64,000 bases of DNA from an uncultured Methylomirabilota bacterium (GCA_963705305.1 OY970067.1:209714-273713), one strand, 5' to 3'; shown: positions 26,070 through 36,500, counted from the first letter of the stretch. Made by a program: numbers and translations. Notes: generated by a model not told the origin, from the sequence alone.

Positions 26070-26501
26070 TCACTCCTCGTCCTCCTCGCTCTCGACCTCC
26101 TCCATCAGATTGAGAAAATCCTGGTACCAGTCGGTCCGGTATTGCAGGAGGAAGGCGATGCCGTCCTTGATCCAGCCCATGCGGATCTCCCCGACGGCCC
26201 CCACGTAGCGCTCGAACTCCCGCAGCTTGGCGCGGTCGCCGTTGGCCGACCCCGGCCCGCTGTGCTCCTCCACCCAGTCCGCCAGATCGTGGAGGTCGTC
26301 GGGCTCCAGGCCGGCCCGGCCCACGAAGAGCGTCCGGACGCCCTCCGTCTTGGCGATGCCCAGGAAATCCGGCCAGTTGTCGGGATCCCCCTGCCACCAG
26401 ACCTCCGGCATCTCCTCCCCGATGTAGCCGGGAAAGACCAGAAATCCCTGCCGGTCGGCGGCCGCCGCGATCTCGTCGAAAAGTGCCGTAAGATCCGTCA
26501 T
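26070..26501 (-). CDS. hypothetical acidic protein
   Basis: An ORF between the exonuclease gene and thyX in the same orientation, with C-terminal tail EEVESEEDEE. The start is uncertain (ATG 26501 or GTG 26540). Confidence 0.5.
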   Translation of the reverse strand: MTDLTALFDEIAAAADRQGFLVFPGYIGEEMPEVWWQGDPDNWPDFLGIAKTEGVRTLFVGRAGLEPDDLHDLADWVEEHSGPGSANGDRAKLREFERYVGAVGEIRMGWIKDGIAFLLQYRTDWYQDFLNLMEEVESEEDEE

Positions 26502-26559
26502 CTGTCCCACCTGTCGGTTCCCTCCCCTGGTGACCAGCACAGCCCCTCGGGCCGTCGCC

Positions 26560-27102
26560 TCACGCGTCCCACGCCACGTACACCGTCATCTCGCGGCCCT
26601 GCGAGGGCACCTTGACAAAGCCCTCGCGCCGGCCATAGACCACGATCTTCCGCAGGATCTCCACATCCATCCGGCAGTAGTCCACCACTCGCTGCCGCAG
26701 GGCGGGGTCGCCGGATCTCCACCACTTCACCGCATCCAGCCCCGAGCCCGTCTTCCCCTGCCCCAGAGTCGCCTGGGCCAGGGCCTGGAGGCTCACGCGA
26801 AAGCCCAGGCGTCGCTTCAGATCCTGCAGCAGGTCCAGGCTTTTGGTCTTGAGCTCGCGGACATCGCCGTAGGCCGAGAGCACCTCCAGGTCGAAGCGCA
26901 GCCCGTTGAAGGTCACGATGCGGTCAAAGGTCCGCAGCTCGCCGATCAGCCGGCCGGCGTCGGCCTCGTACCAGTCGCGGAAATCGCTCGCCTCGTCCCA
27001 GGTCACGGCCACGGTCAGGCCGAACGCTCGGATGTTGTCCCAGCCGCCGGACACCTCTTCGGCCAGTCGCTGCGTCTCCACGTCGAGAAAGATCTCGGCC
27101 AC
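26560..27102 (-). CDS. RNase H-like / DEDD 3'-5' exonuclease domain protein (MrfB/YprB-like)
   Basis: FLDVETQR...TFNGLRFDLEVL...YCRMDVE. It aligns with the C-terminal domain of the helicase at about 35930-36560. GTG start. Confidence 0.7.
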   Translation of the reverse strand: MAEIFLDVETQRLAEEVSGGWDNIRAFGLTVAVTWDEASDFRDWYEADAGRLIGELRTFDRIVTFNGLRFDLEVLSAYGDVRELKTKSLDLLQDLKRRLGFRVSLQALAQATLGQGKTGSGLDAVKWWRSGDPALRQRVVDYCRMDVEILRKIVVYGRREGFVKVPSQGREMTVYVAWDA

Positions 27103-27150
27103 GGCTCACCTGCCGGTGGAGCGTTATCTACACATCCTATTACGCTCTCG

Positions 27151-27460
27151 GCGGGAAGGGCAAGGGGAATTGAGAGGCGGGGCGAGGGGGCGCTGGGGAG
27201 CTCCGGAATTCGAAATTGGAGAACACGTATCTCACGCAAAGCACGCAAAGGTCGCAAAGAAAAGCCGAATAGGAAGGTGGATTACAGGACCACTGACCAG
27301 TGACTACTGACCCCCGCCTACTGCATACTGGAAATGGCGATCTTTGCGTGAGATCAGGCTCGGATTTTTCCTCACGCCAAGACGCAAAGGGCGCAAAGTA
27401 GAAAAGGGGCAAATGGAGGGAAACGGGGAAACGAGTCAATTCGAAGTTCGAAATTGAAAG
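27151..27460 (+). repeat. R-family mosaic intergenic repeat, copy R1
   Basis: G-run module, TTCGAAATT module and TCTCACGCAAAG (27230-27241) / CTTTGCGTGAGA (27342-27353) inverted pair. About 190 nt are near-identical to R3 (41620-41790). Confidence 0.8.
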
Positions 27461-27464
27461 GAAG

Positions 27465-29264
27465 CTACTCCAGCAATTCCTCCCCGGCGATGATGTCTTC
27501 GGCGGCCAGGGTGCTGAGGAGGTAGTGGCGCACCCGGTAGGTCAGGTGATCGTCCTTCTCCAGGCTGCCCGGTTTCAGCACCAGACCGTAGCAGTTCTTG
27601 GCCTGGTCCCGGCCGATGAGGCCGCGGGCCAGATCCTCTTCCAGGCGCATGAGCGAGCGCTGGAAGCCCATGCTCCAGCCGCCGCCCCCGCCGCTCGCCA
27701 GGGTCAGGCGGTGCCCGGCCCGCAGGCCGCACGAGATGCGCGCAGGCCCGACCTCTTCCCGCGTCCCCTCCTCCGGCGACCACAGCGCGAGGCGGGCCTC
27801 GGCCCCCCGCATCCCGCCGCGCAGCCCCATGGCCCGCCCGGGCAGCAGTACGTCCGCCTCCGCCCGTCCTTCCAAGAGCGTCAGCTCCAGCAGCGCGCCC
27901 AGGCCGCCCCGGTACTGGCCCGGGCCAGCCGAATCCGGCCGCAGCTCGAGGCGCGAGATCCGCACCGGCACGGCCCGCTCGATCTCCTCCACGGGACGGA
28001 CGCGCAGCGGGGAGAACGACGGAGCCGCGTGGCTCAACCCGTCGCCGAAGACCGAGGCCCCCAACCCCCCGCCCAGCCCCAGCCGGATGCGGTAGCGGCT
28101 GCCGTCGGCCCGCTCGCCGCGGAGGTCCAGCAGGCAGCAGCCTGCGTCCGGCGCCTGCGAGAGCTGGGCCAGCGTGTCGGCGAAGGCGGCCCGGACAGCC
28201 TCGGCCACGGCCTGCGCCGCCCCCTGGCGTGTCCGCTCGGGCGCGCCCTCTCCGGCCTCGTCTCCCCAGCCGATCTCGATGGAGAGCGCCTCGGCCACGC
28301 CCCCCAGCACGCTCTGGGCCGGCGACTCCGCCGCCAGGATCCGCCGGAAGGCCGCGCGGACCGCTGCCCGCGCCGCGGCCGGCGTGAGATCCGGCCCCCG
28401 GCCCTCCGCGATGTGCTCGACGGCCACGCGGGCCTGGTCGGCCTCGCGCCAGATCCGGACGGCGAAGGGGGCCACGCGGCCCTGGATGCTCTCCACCTCC
28501 AGCCGGTCCAGCAACTTCTGCAGGCCCCGCCGGCAGCCATCCTCCAGCGCCGACCGGATGGCCGCCACAACCCCCGGCCCGAAGCGAACCAGCATCTCTT
28601 CCATCACCGCCCGCCCCTGATGCAGGGCGTGGAGCTGCGCCGACAGATCCTCCAGCAGCTCTTCGGGCCGCTCCGCATTGGCGGCCAGGACCTCCAGAAT
28701 CTCGGGCCGGACGGCGCCGTTGCGGCCGACGCACGTCCAGGGAAGGACCAGCCCCTCGCGCCGCAGGCTCGGAGCGGGCCCCAGGCTGGATCGCCCCAGG
28801 GCCGGATGGCTCGCCGACAGCACCGCGAAACAGACCGCCGAGCCCTCCCGGACGATCGGGACCGCCAGCAGCAGGTCCTCCAGCCCGGCGACCGCCGCGC
28901 GCGGGTCGTTCGTCCAGTAGATGGCGCCGGCGGCCAGGGCCCGGCCCTCCGCCGCCTCCCGGCGGATCAGATGTCCCAGGGCCTCTCCCGCGGCCTCCAA
29001 GAGCAGGGGGTGGCTCTCTCGGCCCCCGATGAGCACCGATCCCGTCGGCCCGTAGAAGCCGGCCGCCGTCCCGCCGGATCGCGCGATCCCCGTAGAGACC
29101 GCCGCCCTCCGCAGCGTGGCGTCCATCGCCGCCGCGGCCTCCTCCAGCTGCTGGCGCACGGCCAGCAGGATGCCCGGCGTCAGCCCTCCCATGGGGGCCT
29201 CGGAGAGCGGGACCGGCTCTGCCGGATGCTCGGCGGGGATCTCCCCCTCGCCGCGGATGTCCAT
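27465..29264 (-). CDS. hyuB: hydantoinase B / oxoprolinase family protein
   Basis: HyuB-like sequence downstream of hyuA with a 5-nt gap. Start is ATG 29264 (or GTG 29273); the longer ORF-track frame to 30275 is read-through. Confidence 0.8.
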   Translation of the reverse strand: MDIRGEGEIPAEHPAEPVPLSEAPMGGLTPGILLAVRQQLEEAAAAMDATLRRAAVSTGIARSGGTAAGFYGPTGSVLIGGRESHPLLLEAAGEALGHLIRREAAEGRALAAGAIYWTNDPRAAVAGLEDLLLAVPIVREGSAVCFAVLSASHPALGRSSLGPAPSLRREGLVLPWTCVGRNGAVRPEILEVLAANAERPEELLEDLSAQLHALHQGRAVMEEMLVRFGPGVVAAIRSALEDGCRRGLQKLLDRLEVESIQGRVAPFAVRIWREADQARVAVEHIAEGRGPDLTPAAARAAVRAAFRRILAAESPAQSVLGGVAEALSIEIGWGDEAGEGAPERTRQGAAQAVAEAVRAAFADTLAQLSQAPDAGCCLLDLRGERADGSRYRIRLGLGGGLGASVFGDGLSHAAPSFSPLRVRPVEEIERAVPVRISRLELRPDSAGPGQYRGGLGALLELTLLEGRAEADVLLPGRAMGLRGGMRGAEARLALWSPEEGTREEVGPARISCGLRAGHRLTLASGGGGGWSMGFQRSLMRLEEDLARGLIGRDQAKNCYGLVLKPGSLEKDDHLTYRVRHYLLSTLAAEDIIAGEELLE

Positions 29265-29269
29265 GAGCG

Positions 29270-31273
29270 TCACGATCCGATCTCCAGGGTGAGGTTCCCC
29301 CACCGGTCCACGCGATAGGCCACGGCCGGCGGCACGAAGGCCGTCGCCCCCGGCAGGACGACCAGGGCCGGGCCGGTCGCGCTCGCCCCGACCTCCAGGG
29401 ATTCCACCGGGATCTGCGGGGTGCCGTTGCCGGCGGCCGATTCGACCGCCCGGGGGCCGGAGCGCCGGCGATCGAAGGTGGCCCGCAGCGCCGGCTCCAG
29501 CGCGATGGCCGAGCCGCCCTCCTCCAGGACCCCCAGCAGGCGGATCACCCGCACCGACTCGGGGGACGGCTGGATGCCGTAGGCCTTCCGGGTGAAGGCG
29601 TGGTAGCGGGCGACGCGCGCCCCGGCGGACTCCAGGGGATCCCGCACGGCCAGAAGATCCGCCTGGGGATTGTCCCCGCGGACCAGCATGAGGTGCAGCC
29701 GCAGCCGACCCTGCGCCGGGCCGGGGAAGGCCCGCTCGACCAGCTCGCGCAGCCGCCCGGGGCCCAGGGCGGCCAGCGTCTCCTCGACGGCGATCATGGC
29801 GGTCCGCGCCGGGGGCGACAGCAGGCACCCCAGGGCCGAGAAGCCGGAGGCCAGGTACGGGATCACCACCCGGGGGACGCCCAGTTTCTGGGCCACCGCC
29901 GCCGCCTGGATCGGTCCCGCGCCGCCGAAGGCGATCAGCGAGGCCTCGCCGGGCGCCACCCCGCAGGCCGCGAGCTGGGTCCGCAGGAAAGAGGCCATGC
30001 GCGCCTCGGCCACGTCCAGCACCACGCGGGCCGCCGCCAGCGGGTCCAGCCCCAGCCCCGGGCAGACCTCGTCCAGCATGGCCCGCCCCGCGGCCGCCGC
30101 ATCCAAGGGCGGCAGGCCCAGGTCCGTCCGCTCGCCCAGGAGGCGCCCGAGCAAGAGGTTCGCGTCCGTGACGGTCGGCCGCCGCCCGCCGCGGCCGAAG
30201 CAGGCCGGTCCCGGATGGGCGCCGGCGCTTTCCGGCCCCACCTGAAGCCCGCCCGCGACGGACTCGTCCACCCACACCAGGCTCCCCCCGCCGATCGCCG
30301 CGGTGTGGATGTCCACCGACGGGACCGCGACGGTCAGGCCGAACTCCAGCGTCCGGTCCCCCCGGAGCCCCGGCTGCCCGTCGCGGATGACCGCAACGTC
30401 AAAGCTCGTTCCTCCCATGTCCGCGGTGAGGGCGCTGGGAAGGCCCAGTAGCTCGGCCAGGCTGGCGCCGGCCCGGGCGCCGCCCGCCGGCCCCGAGAGG
30501 ATGGTCTGGAGCGGCTGCTCGCGCACCTCTTCCGGACGGCAGGAGCCGCCGGCCGACTCGATGAAGCGGAAGTGGGCGGCCGTTCCCACCTCGCGGAGGA
30601 CCCGCCCGAGGCCTTCCACGTACCCCGCCATGAGCGGCGTGAGGTAGGCCGCCAGCGCCGCCGTGGCGGCGCGCAGCCGCTCGTCGGGAAAGGGGCAGAC
30701 CTCGCCGCCCAGGACCACGGGACCGCCGGGACAGACGCCGTTCAGGATCTCCCGGGTGCCCCGCTCGTGGATCCCGTTCTGATCGGCATGCAGGAAGGAG
30801 ACGGCCAGGGCCTGGATGCCCTCCCGCCGGAGGATCTCGACGGCCGCCCTGACCTGTTCTTCGTCCAGGGGAGTGAGGACCTTCCCGCCGGCGTCCAGCC
30901 GCTCCGCGATCTCCCAGCGCCACTGCCGGGGGATCAGCGGCTCGAAGGAGGGCTCTTGCGCCCACAGGCCGCGCCGCCCCGCGTCCCGCAGCTCCAGCAG
31001 GTCCCGGAACCCGGTCGTGGTGAAGAGGCCGGTCCGCGCCCCCTTGCGCTCCAGGACCGCGTTGGTGGCCACGGTGGTCCCGTGGGCGATCTCTTCCATT
31101 TCCGCCGCGGGCGCGCCGCAGGCCCGGAGGCCCGCCAGGAGTCCCAGCCCGATGTCGTGGGGGGTGGTGGGAACCTTGTGGAGGGAGAGGCTGCCGTCGA
31201 TTCCGTCGCAGACCACGATGTCCGTGAAGGTGCCGCCCACATCGATGCCGATCCGGAATTTTCCCTGACCCAT
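29270..31273 (-). CDS. hyuA: hydantoinase A / oxoprolinase family protein
   Basis: N-terminus MGQGKFRIGIDVGGTFTDIV is the HyuA signature. ATG 31273. Confidence 0.85.
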   Translation of the reverse strand: MGQGKFRIGIDVGGTFTDIVVCDGIDGSLSLHKVPTTPHDIGLGLLAGLRACGAPAAEMEEIAHGTTVATNAVLERKGARTGLFTTTGFRDLLELRDAGRRGLWAQEPSFEPLIPRQWRWEIAERLDAGGKVLTPLDEEQVRAAVEILRREGIQALAVSFLHADQNGIHERGTREILNGVCPGGPVVLGGEVCPFPDERLRAATAALAAYLTPLMAGYVEGLGRVLREVGTAAHFRFIESAGGSCRPEEVREQPLQTILSGPAGGARAGASLAELLGLPSALTADMGGTSFDVAVIRDGQPGLRGDRTLEFGLTVAVPSVDIHTAAIGGGSLVWVDESVAGGLQVGPESAGAHPGPACFGRGGRRPTVTDANLLLGRLLGERTDLGLPPLDAAAAGRAMLDEVCPGLGLDPLAAARVVLDVAEARMASFLRTQLAACGVAPGEASLIAFGGAGPIQAAAVAQKLGVPRVVIPYLASGFSALGCLLSPPARTAMIAVEETLAALGPGRLRELVERAFPGPAQGRLRLHLMLVRGDNPQADLLAVRDPLESAGARVARYHAFTRKAYGIQPSPESVRVIRLLGVLEEGGSAIALEPALRATFDRRRSGPRAVESAAGNGTPQIPVESLEVGASATGPALVVLPGATAFVPPAVAYRVDRWGNLTLEIGS

Positions 31274-31334
31274 CGGACTCCTCTCAGGCGGGCGGCATAA
31301 TACGCAATTTCGGCAGAGGCCGCAAGGCCCATCG

Positions 31335-31567
31335 ACATTTCCAGTATGCAGTAGGCAGGGGTCAGTGGTCAGTGGTCCTGTATTCCACCTTCCTATTCGG
31401 CTTTCCTTTGCGACCTTTGCGCCTTGGCGTGAGGAGGAATCCGAGCCTGATCTCACGCAAAGATCGCCAAGACAAGCACTTCAATTTCGAAATTCGAACT
31501 TCGAAATTCGAATTGTTCCATCTCCCCTGCTCCCCCTCGCCCGCTCTCCCCCTCTCTCCCTCTCTGT
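31335..31567 (-). repeat. R-family mosaic repeat, copy R2 (inverted relative to R1)
   Basis: It contains reverse complements of R1 modules (CCAGTATGCAGTAGGCAGGGGTCAGTGGTC..., CCGAGCCTGATCTCACGCAAAGATCGCC), TTCGAAATTCGAA repeats and a C-run tract at 31524-31560. Confidence 0.8.
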
Positions 31568-31588
31568 AGCCTGAAGCCATCGGACGGC

Positions 31589-32556
31589 TCACCGCGCCTC
31601 CTCGGGCCGCGCCTGGACCGGCGGAAGCGGCCGCTCGTTGACGACGAGCTGGAACACGTCGGGCCGGGCGTAGTGGCCGACGACGTCGAAATCGAACTTG
31701 GCCCGGGCCACGTCCGCCAGATCCAGCTCGGCCGCCAGGATCTCCTCCCTATCGTAGACGGGGCCGGCCAGGACCTCTCCCAGCGGCGAGACGATCGCGC
31801 TTCCTCCGCGGCACAGGATTTCTGGCTGCCCCGCCAGATCCGCCACCCCCTCCAGGTCGGGCGGGTACATGGCCTTGGTGACGAACTGGTTGCACCCCAG
31901 GACGAAGCAGCGGCCCTCGCACGCGATGTGGCGGATGGTCGCCTGCCAGGAGTCGCGGGCGTCGGCAGTCGGCGCCAGATAGATCTCCACGCCCTTGGCG
32001 TACATGGCCATCCGCGCCAGCGGCATGTAGTTCTCCCAGCAAATCAGGCCCCCGACCTTGGCGAACTCCGTCTCCACCGCCGTCAGCGTGCTGCCATCCC
32101 CCTCGCCCCAGATGAGGCGCTCGGCCGCGGTCGGCTTGAGCTTGCGGTGCTTGCCCAAGAGCCGCCCGTCAGGCCCGAAGTAGAGCAGGGTGCAGTAGAG
32201 GGTCCCGCCGCCGAAGTCCCGGTCCCGCTCGATCACCCCGACGACCAGGTACGCGCCCGCCCGGCGGGCCGCCTCCCCCAGGGCCCGGGTGGCGGGGCCG
32301 GGCACCTCCACCGCCCCTTTCCAATAGGCCTCCCACGTCAGCCGCCCCGCCGGTGTGCGGCCGCCCACCACCGTGCCGAAGCTCAGGCCCCGCGGGTAGG
32401 CGGGGACGAAGGCTTCCGGGAACAGCACCAGCCTGGCCCCCGCTCTGCCGCCCGGGCCGTCAGGTCGCAGGCCTTGGCGATCGAGGCCTCGCGGTCGAAC
32501 AGAACCGGCGCGGCCTGCACCACCGCCACCGTCACTCGGGGCAACGCATCGCGCAT
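31589..32556 (-). pseudogene. nitrilase / carbon-nitrogen hydrolase with an apparent 1-nt frameshift
   Basis: ATG 32556 (AGGAGG RBS) gives MRDALPRVTVAVVQAAPVLFDREASIAKACDLTARAAE.... The frame then shifts at the C5 run 32437-32441 into ARLVLFPEAFVPAYPRG... (ORF 31589..32575). Confidence 0.75.
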
Positions 32557-32750
32557 CGTCGGCCTCCTGCCTCAAAGGTTGGCCCGCACCGGGTACCCGC
32601 CCGAAGGGTGGGTGCAGGCGCCAGGCGTCGAAAGGGCGCCACGGCCCGACTCCGGTCTGGCCGTCACTTTCCTCTTGCAGGATTCAGTAAAGCCAAGACC
32701 CCGGCAGGCGGCCGGGGTCCGGTTCATCACGGGGCAGCATGGTCATACGG

Positions 32751-32948
32751 CTAGGCGCGGTCGGGAGATTCACGCTTCTTGGAAAGGACCAGCACGGTAC
32801 GCTCGGGGTCCCTGGGGTTGGGGCTCTCCATCACGTCGTATCCTTCCTCGCAGCGCTGGCACCAGATCTCCTCCAGGCCCGGCCGCAGCACCAGGATCTC
32901 CAGGCAGTTGGGGCAGCTCACCTCGGCTTTTTCCCACGGCGTGTCCAT
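32751..32948 (-). CDS. small zinc-ribbon protein (hypothetical)
   Basis: 65 aa with CPNC...CQRC. Weak RBS. Confidence 0.4.
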   Translation of the reverse strand: MDTPWEKAEVSCPNCLEILVLRPGLEEIWCQRCEEGYDVMESPNPRDPERTVLVLSKKRESPDRA

Positions 32949-33157
32949 GTGGCCCCCCGCTTCGCAACGGCGTCAGCGGTACTGCATCTTCTAGAATAGT
33001 ATAGCGAGCGATAGGACCCGGCGTCGAGCGCTTTCTGGTCCCGTAATGTCCTGCGCCCCGGCGGCGGCCGGGTCTCTTCCCGGGCCGAGGCCCGGCTTGA
33101 CCCCTTCGGGTGAATGCGCTAGATTCGGCCCGGCACACTTCACAGGAGGGCTCGCGC

Positions 33158-33538
33158 ATGGCGACGGAGCGCAAGATTCGGATCACGGCCGGCCAGGTGA
33201 GCGCGGAGGCGGTCCTGAACGACTCGCCGACCGCCGGAAAGATCTGGGAGGCCCTGCCCATCGACGGCCGCGCCAACACCTGGGGGGACGAGATCTACTT
33301 CTCCATTCCGGTGCAGGCCAAGCAGGAGAAGGACGCCCGCGACATCGTCGCCGTGGGCGAGCTGGGCTACTGGCCGCCCGGCAGCGCCTTCTGCATCTTC
33401 TTCGGCCGGACCCCGGCCAGCACCGACGAGCGGCCCCGCGCCGCCAGCGCGGTCAACATCCTCGGCAAGGTCCAGGGGGATCCCGCGGCGTTCAAGGCCG
33501 TCCGCTCCGGGACGCAGGTGAGACTGGAACGGGCGTGA
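33158..33538 (+). CDS. cyclophilin-like DUF3830 family protein
   Basis: ATG 33158 with AGGAGG RBS. KIRITAG...AEAVLNDSPTAGKIWEALPI.GRANTWGDEIYFSIPV is typical of DUF3830. Confidence 0.75.
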   Translation: MATERKIRITAGQVSAEAVLNDSPTAGKIWEALPIDGRANTWGDEIYFSIPVQAKQEKDARDIVAVGELGYWPPGSAFCIFFGRTPASTDERPRAASAVNILGKVQGDPAAFKAVRSGTQVRLERA

Positions 33539-36500
33539 AGCGCCCGCTCGTCCCCGCCGCCCTTCCGCAGGCCGGCGCCCTTCAAGAGCTCGACGGCTTT
33601 CTGCAGACCCTGCTCCATCGGGAGATGAGCCGGGGGCACGTCGTGCACGTCGAGCGCATTCCCACCCGTGTGCCCCATCACGCCGATCCCGATCCCCCGC
33701 TGCCCGAGCCGCTGCAGCAGTCCCTGCGGGCCGCCGGGATCGACCGGCTCTACACGCACCAGGTGGAGGCGCTGGAGCACGCCCGGGCCGGACGCGACGT
33801 CTCTGGTGGTCACGGGCACGGCCTCGGGGAAGAGCCTGGCCTACCAGCTCCCCGTCCTGGAGACGCTCCTCCGCGAGCCGGAGTCCCGCGCCCTCTTCCT
33901 CTTCCCCACCAAAGCGCTGGAGCAGGACCAGCTGAAATCCCTGCGCGAGCTCATCCCTGAGGGCGCGGGCATCCGGGCCGAGATCCTGGACGGCGACACC
34001 CCGGCCCACCGCCGCGCGCAGCTCCGGGAGACGCTCCCCCACATCCTGGTCAGCAATCCCGACATCCTGCACCTCTCCCTGCTGCCCCACCACGCCGCCT
34101 GGAAGGGCTTCTGGGAGCGGCTCCGCTTCATAGTCCTGGACGAGCTGCACACCTACAAGGGCATCTTCGGATCGCACATCTCCCACGTCCTGCGCCGGCT
34201 GCACCGGGTGGCGGCCTTCTACGGCAGCCGGCCCCGGTTCATCACCTGCTCCGCCACCATCAGCAACCCCGCCGAGTTCGCCGAGACCCTGGTCGGCCGG
34301 CCCTTCGTCCCGGTGTCCGACGACGGATCGCCGGCCCGCGGCAAGCGCTTCGTCTTCGTCAACCCGACCGGCAGCCCGTACGGCGAGGCCACGGAGCTTC
34401 TGCTCCACTGCATCCAGGCCGGCTACAAGACCATCGCCTTCGCCAAGGCGCGCAAGATCGCCGAGCTGATCACCATGTGGGCGCACCAGGCGGCGCCCCA
34501 GCTGGCGTCCAAGATCCGCGCCTACCGGGCGGGCTATCGCCCCGAGGAGCGGCGCGCCATCGAGCAGGGCCTGTTTCAGGAGCGGCTCTCGGGGGTGGTC
34601 TCCACCTCAGCCCTCGAGCTGGGGATCGACGTGGGCGGCCTGGACGCCTGCCTGCTGGTGGGCTACCCGGGCAGCATCGCCAGCACCTGGCAGCGCGGGG
34701 GCCGCGTCGGACGGGGCGGGCAGGAGGCCCTGATCATCCTGGTGGCCCTCCCCGACGCCCTGGACCAGTACTTCATGCGGCACCCCGGGGACTTCTTCGC
34801 CCGCTCCCCAGAGGCCGCGGTGGTGGATCCCGGCAACCGGCGCATCCTCCAGGACCACCTGGTGGCGGCCGCGGCGGAGCTGCCCCTTCGCCCCACCGAC
34901 ACGATCCACTACGGCCCGGACCTCGGCCGGCATATCGCCGATCTGGCCGACGAGCGGCGCCTGGTCCAGAGCGCCGACGGCAGCGAGTGGTACGCCCGCC
35001 GCCGTAATCCGGCCCGCGAGATCAGCATCCGCTCGGTCGGCGAGCCCTTCGCCATCCTGGACCCGGCCGGAAAGAGCGTCGGCAGCGTGGACGGATTCCG
35101 CGCCGTGCGCGAGTGCCACCCCGGCGCAGTCTATCTGCACCAGGGGCGGCAGTTCGAGGTTACCGACCTGGACCTGGCCCAGCGGAAGGTGCGGGCCCGT
35201 CCGGTGGAGGTGGACTACTACACCCAGACCACCGGCGAGAAGGAGACCGAGATCCTCCACTGCCAGGAATTCCGGCAGGTCCGGGGGACCGTGGCGCGCC
35301 TGGGGCGCCTGAAGGTGACGGAGCGGATCACCGGCTTCGAGAAGCGGCGCATCTTCGGCCAGGACCGGATCGGCAGCTACCCGCTGGACCTGCCCCCGCA
35401 CACCTTCGAGACGCAGGGCTTCTGGTTCGAGATTCCGGAGGTGCTGCGCGACTACGTGAAGTACGGTCCCCGGCCCGGCCTGCACTTCATGGGGGGGATC
35501 CACGCCATCGAGCACGCCACGATCGGGCTGTTCCCCCTCTTCGCCCTCTGCGACCGGGGGGACGTGGGAGGGATCTCCCAGACCTTTCACCCCCAGGTCG
35601 GGCGCCCGGCCATCTTCATCTATGACGGCTACCCCGAGGGCATCGGCCTGGCCGAGCGGTGCTATCGGGTCCTGGAGGAACTCCTGGCCCACACCCTGCG
35701 CCTGCTCCTGGACTGCCCCTGCGAATCGGGGTGCCCGTCCTGCATCCACTCGCCCAAGTGCGGCTCGGGAAACAAGCCACTGGACAAGGCCGCGGCCGTC
35801 TTCATCCTGCAGGGCCTGCTGGGCTTTATCGAGATCCCCGAGGCCGTCGAGGCGCCGCCGCCGGACCGTCTGCTTGCCCCGGCTTCCGCCGAGCGCCCGC
35901 TCCCGGCCGGAGTCGCCGCCTCGCTGCCGGCCGCGCCCCGCATCCTGGTCCTGGACCTAGAAACCCAGCGGAGCGCGGAGGAGGTCGGAGGCTGGGAGCA
36001 TGCCGACCGCATGGGGCTGGCCGTGGCCGTCACGGCGGATCTGGCCACCGGCGAGATGCGGGTGTACACGGAGGCGCAGGTTGACGCCCTGCTGGAAGCG
36101 CTGTCCGCCGCCGCCTGCATCATCGGGTTCAACATCCGGCGCTTCGACTTCACCGTCCTCCGCGGGTACCGGCAGATGGACTACGCGGCCCTGCCGGCCC
36201 TGGACATCCTGGAGGAGGTCCACGCCGGCCTCGGATTCCGGCTCAGCTTGAACCACCTGGCCCAGGAGACGCTGGGGGCTCCCAAGCTGGCGGACGGCCT
36301 GCAAAGCCTGGCCTGGTGGAAGGCCGGCGAGACGGAAAAGGTCCTGGAATACTGCAAGGCGGACGTGGAGCTGACCCGGCGGCTGTTCGAGTTCGGCCAC
36401 ACTCACGGCTATCTGCTCTACCGGGACTACCAGGGTCGGCCGGCCAGACTTCCGGTCCGGTTTCGGGAAAAAATATTGTCGCAGGGAGAGGGATTCGGAT

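Noticed and set aside
24222-26615. Very long ORFs antisense to, or out of frame with, annotated genes. Examples: 24222..26615, 6093..7256, 27525..29318, 31673..33004, 33140..34486, 42016..43734, 50063..51970, 52125..54566, 8088..8963 and 9187..10398.
   Set aside because: These are typical high-G+C shadow ORFs. Their products are Arg/Pro/Gly/Ala-rich low-complexity sequences without motifs, and each overlaps a gene with strong family signatures on another frame or strand.
27151-27460. R-family, TTCGAAATT and GACCACTGAC repeats as a CRISPR array
   Set aside because: There is no regular repeat-spacer periodicity. The repeats are short, degenerate and dispersed, and there are no cas genes.
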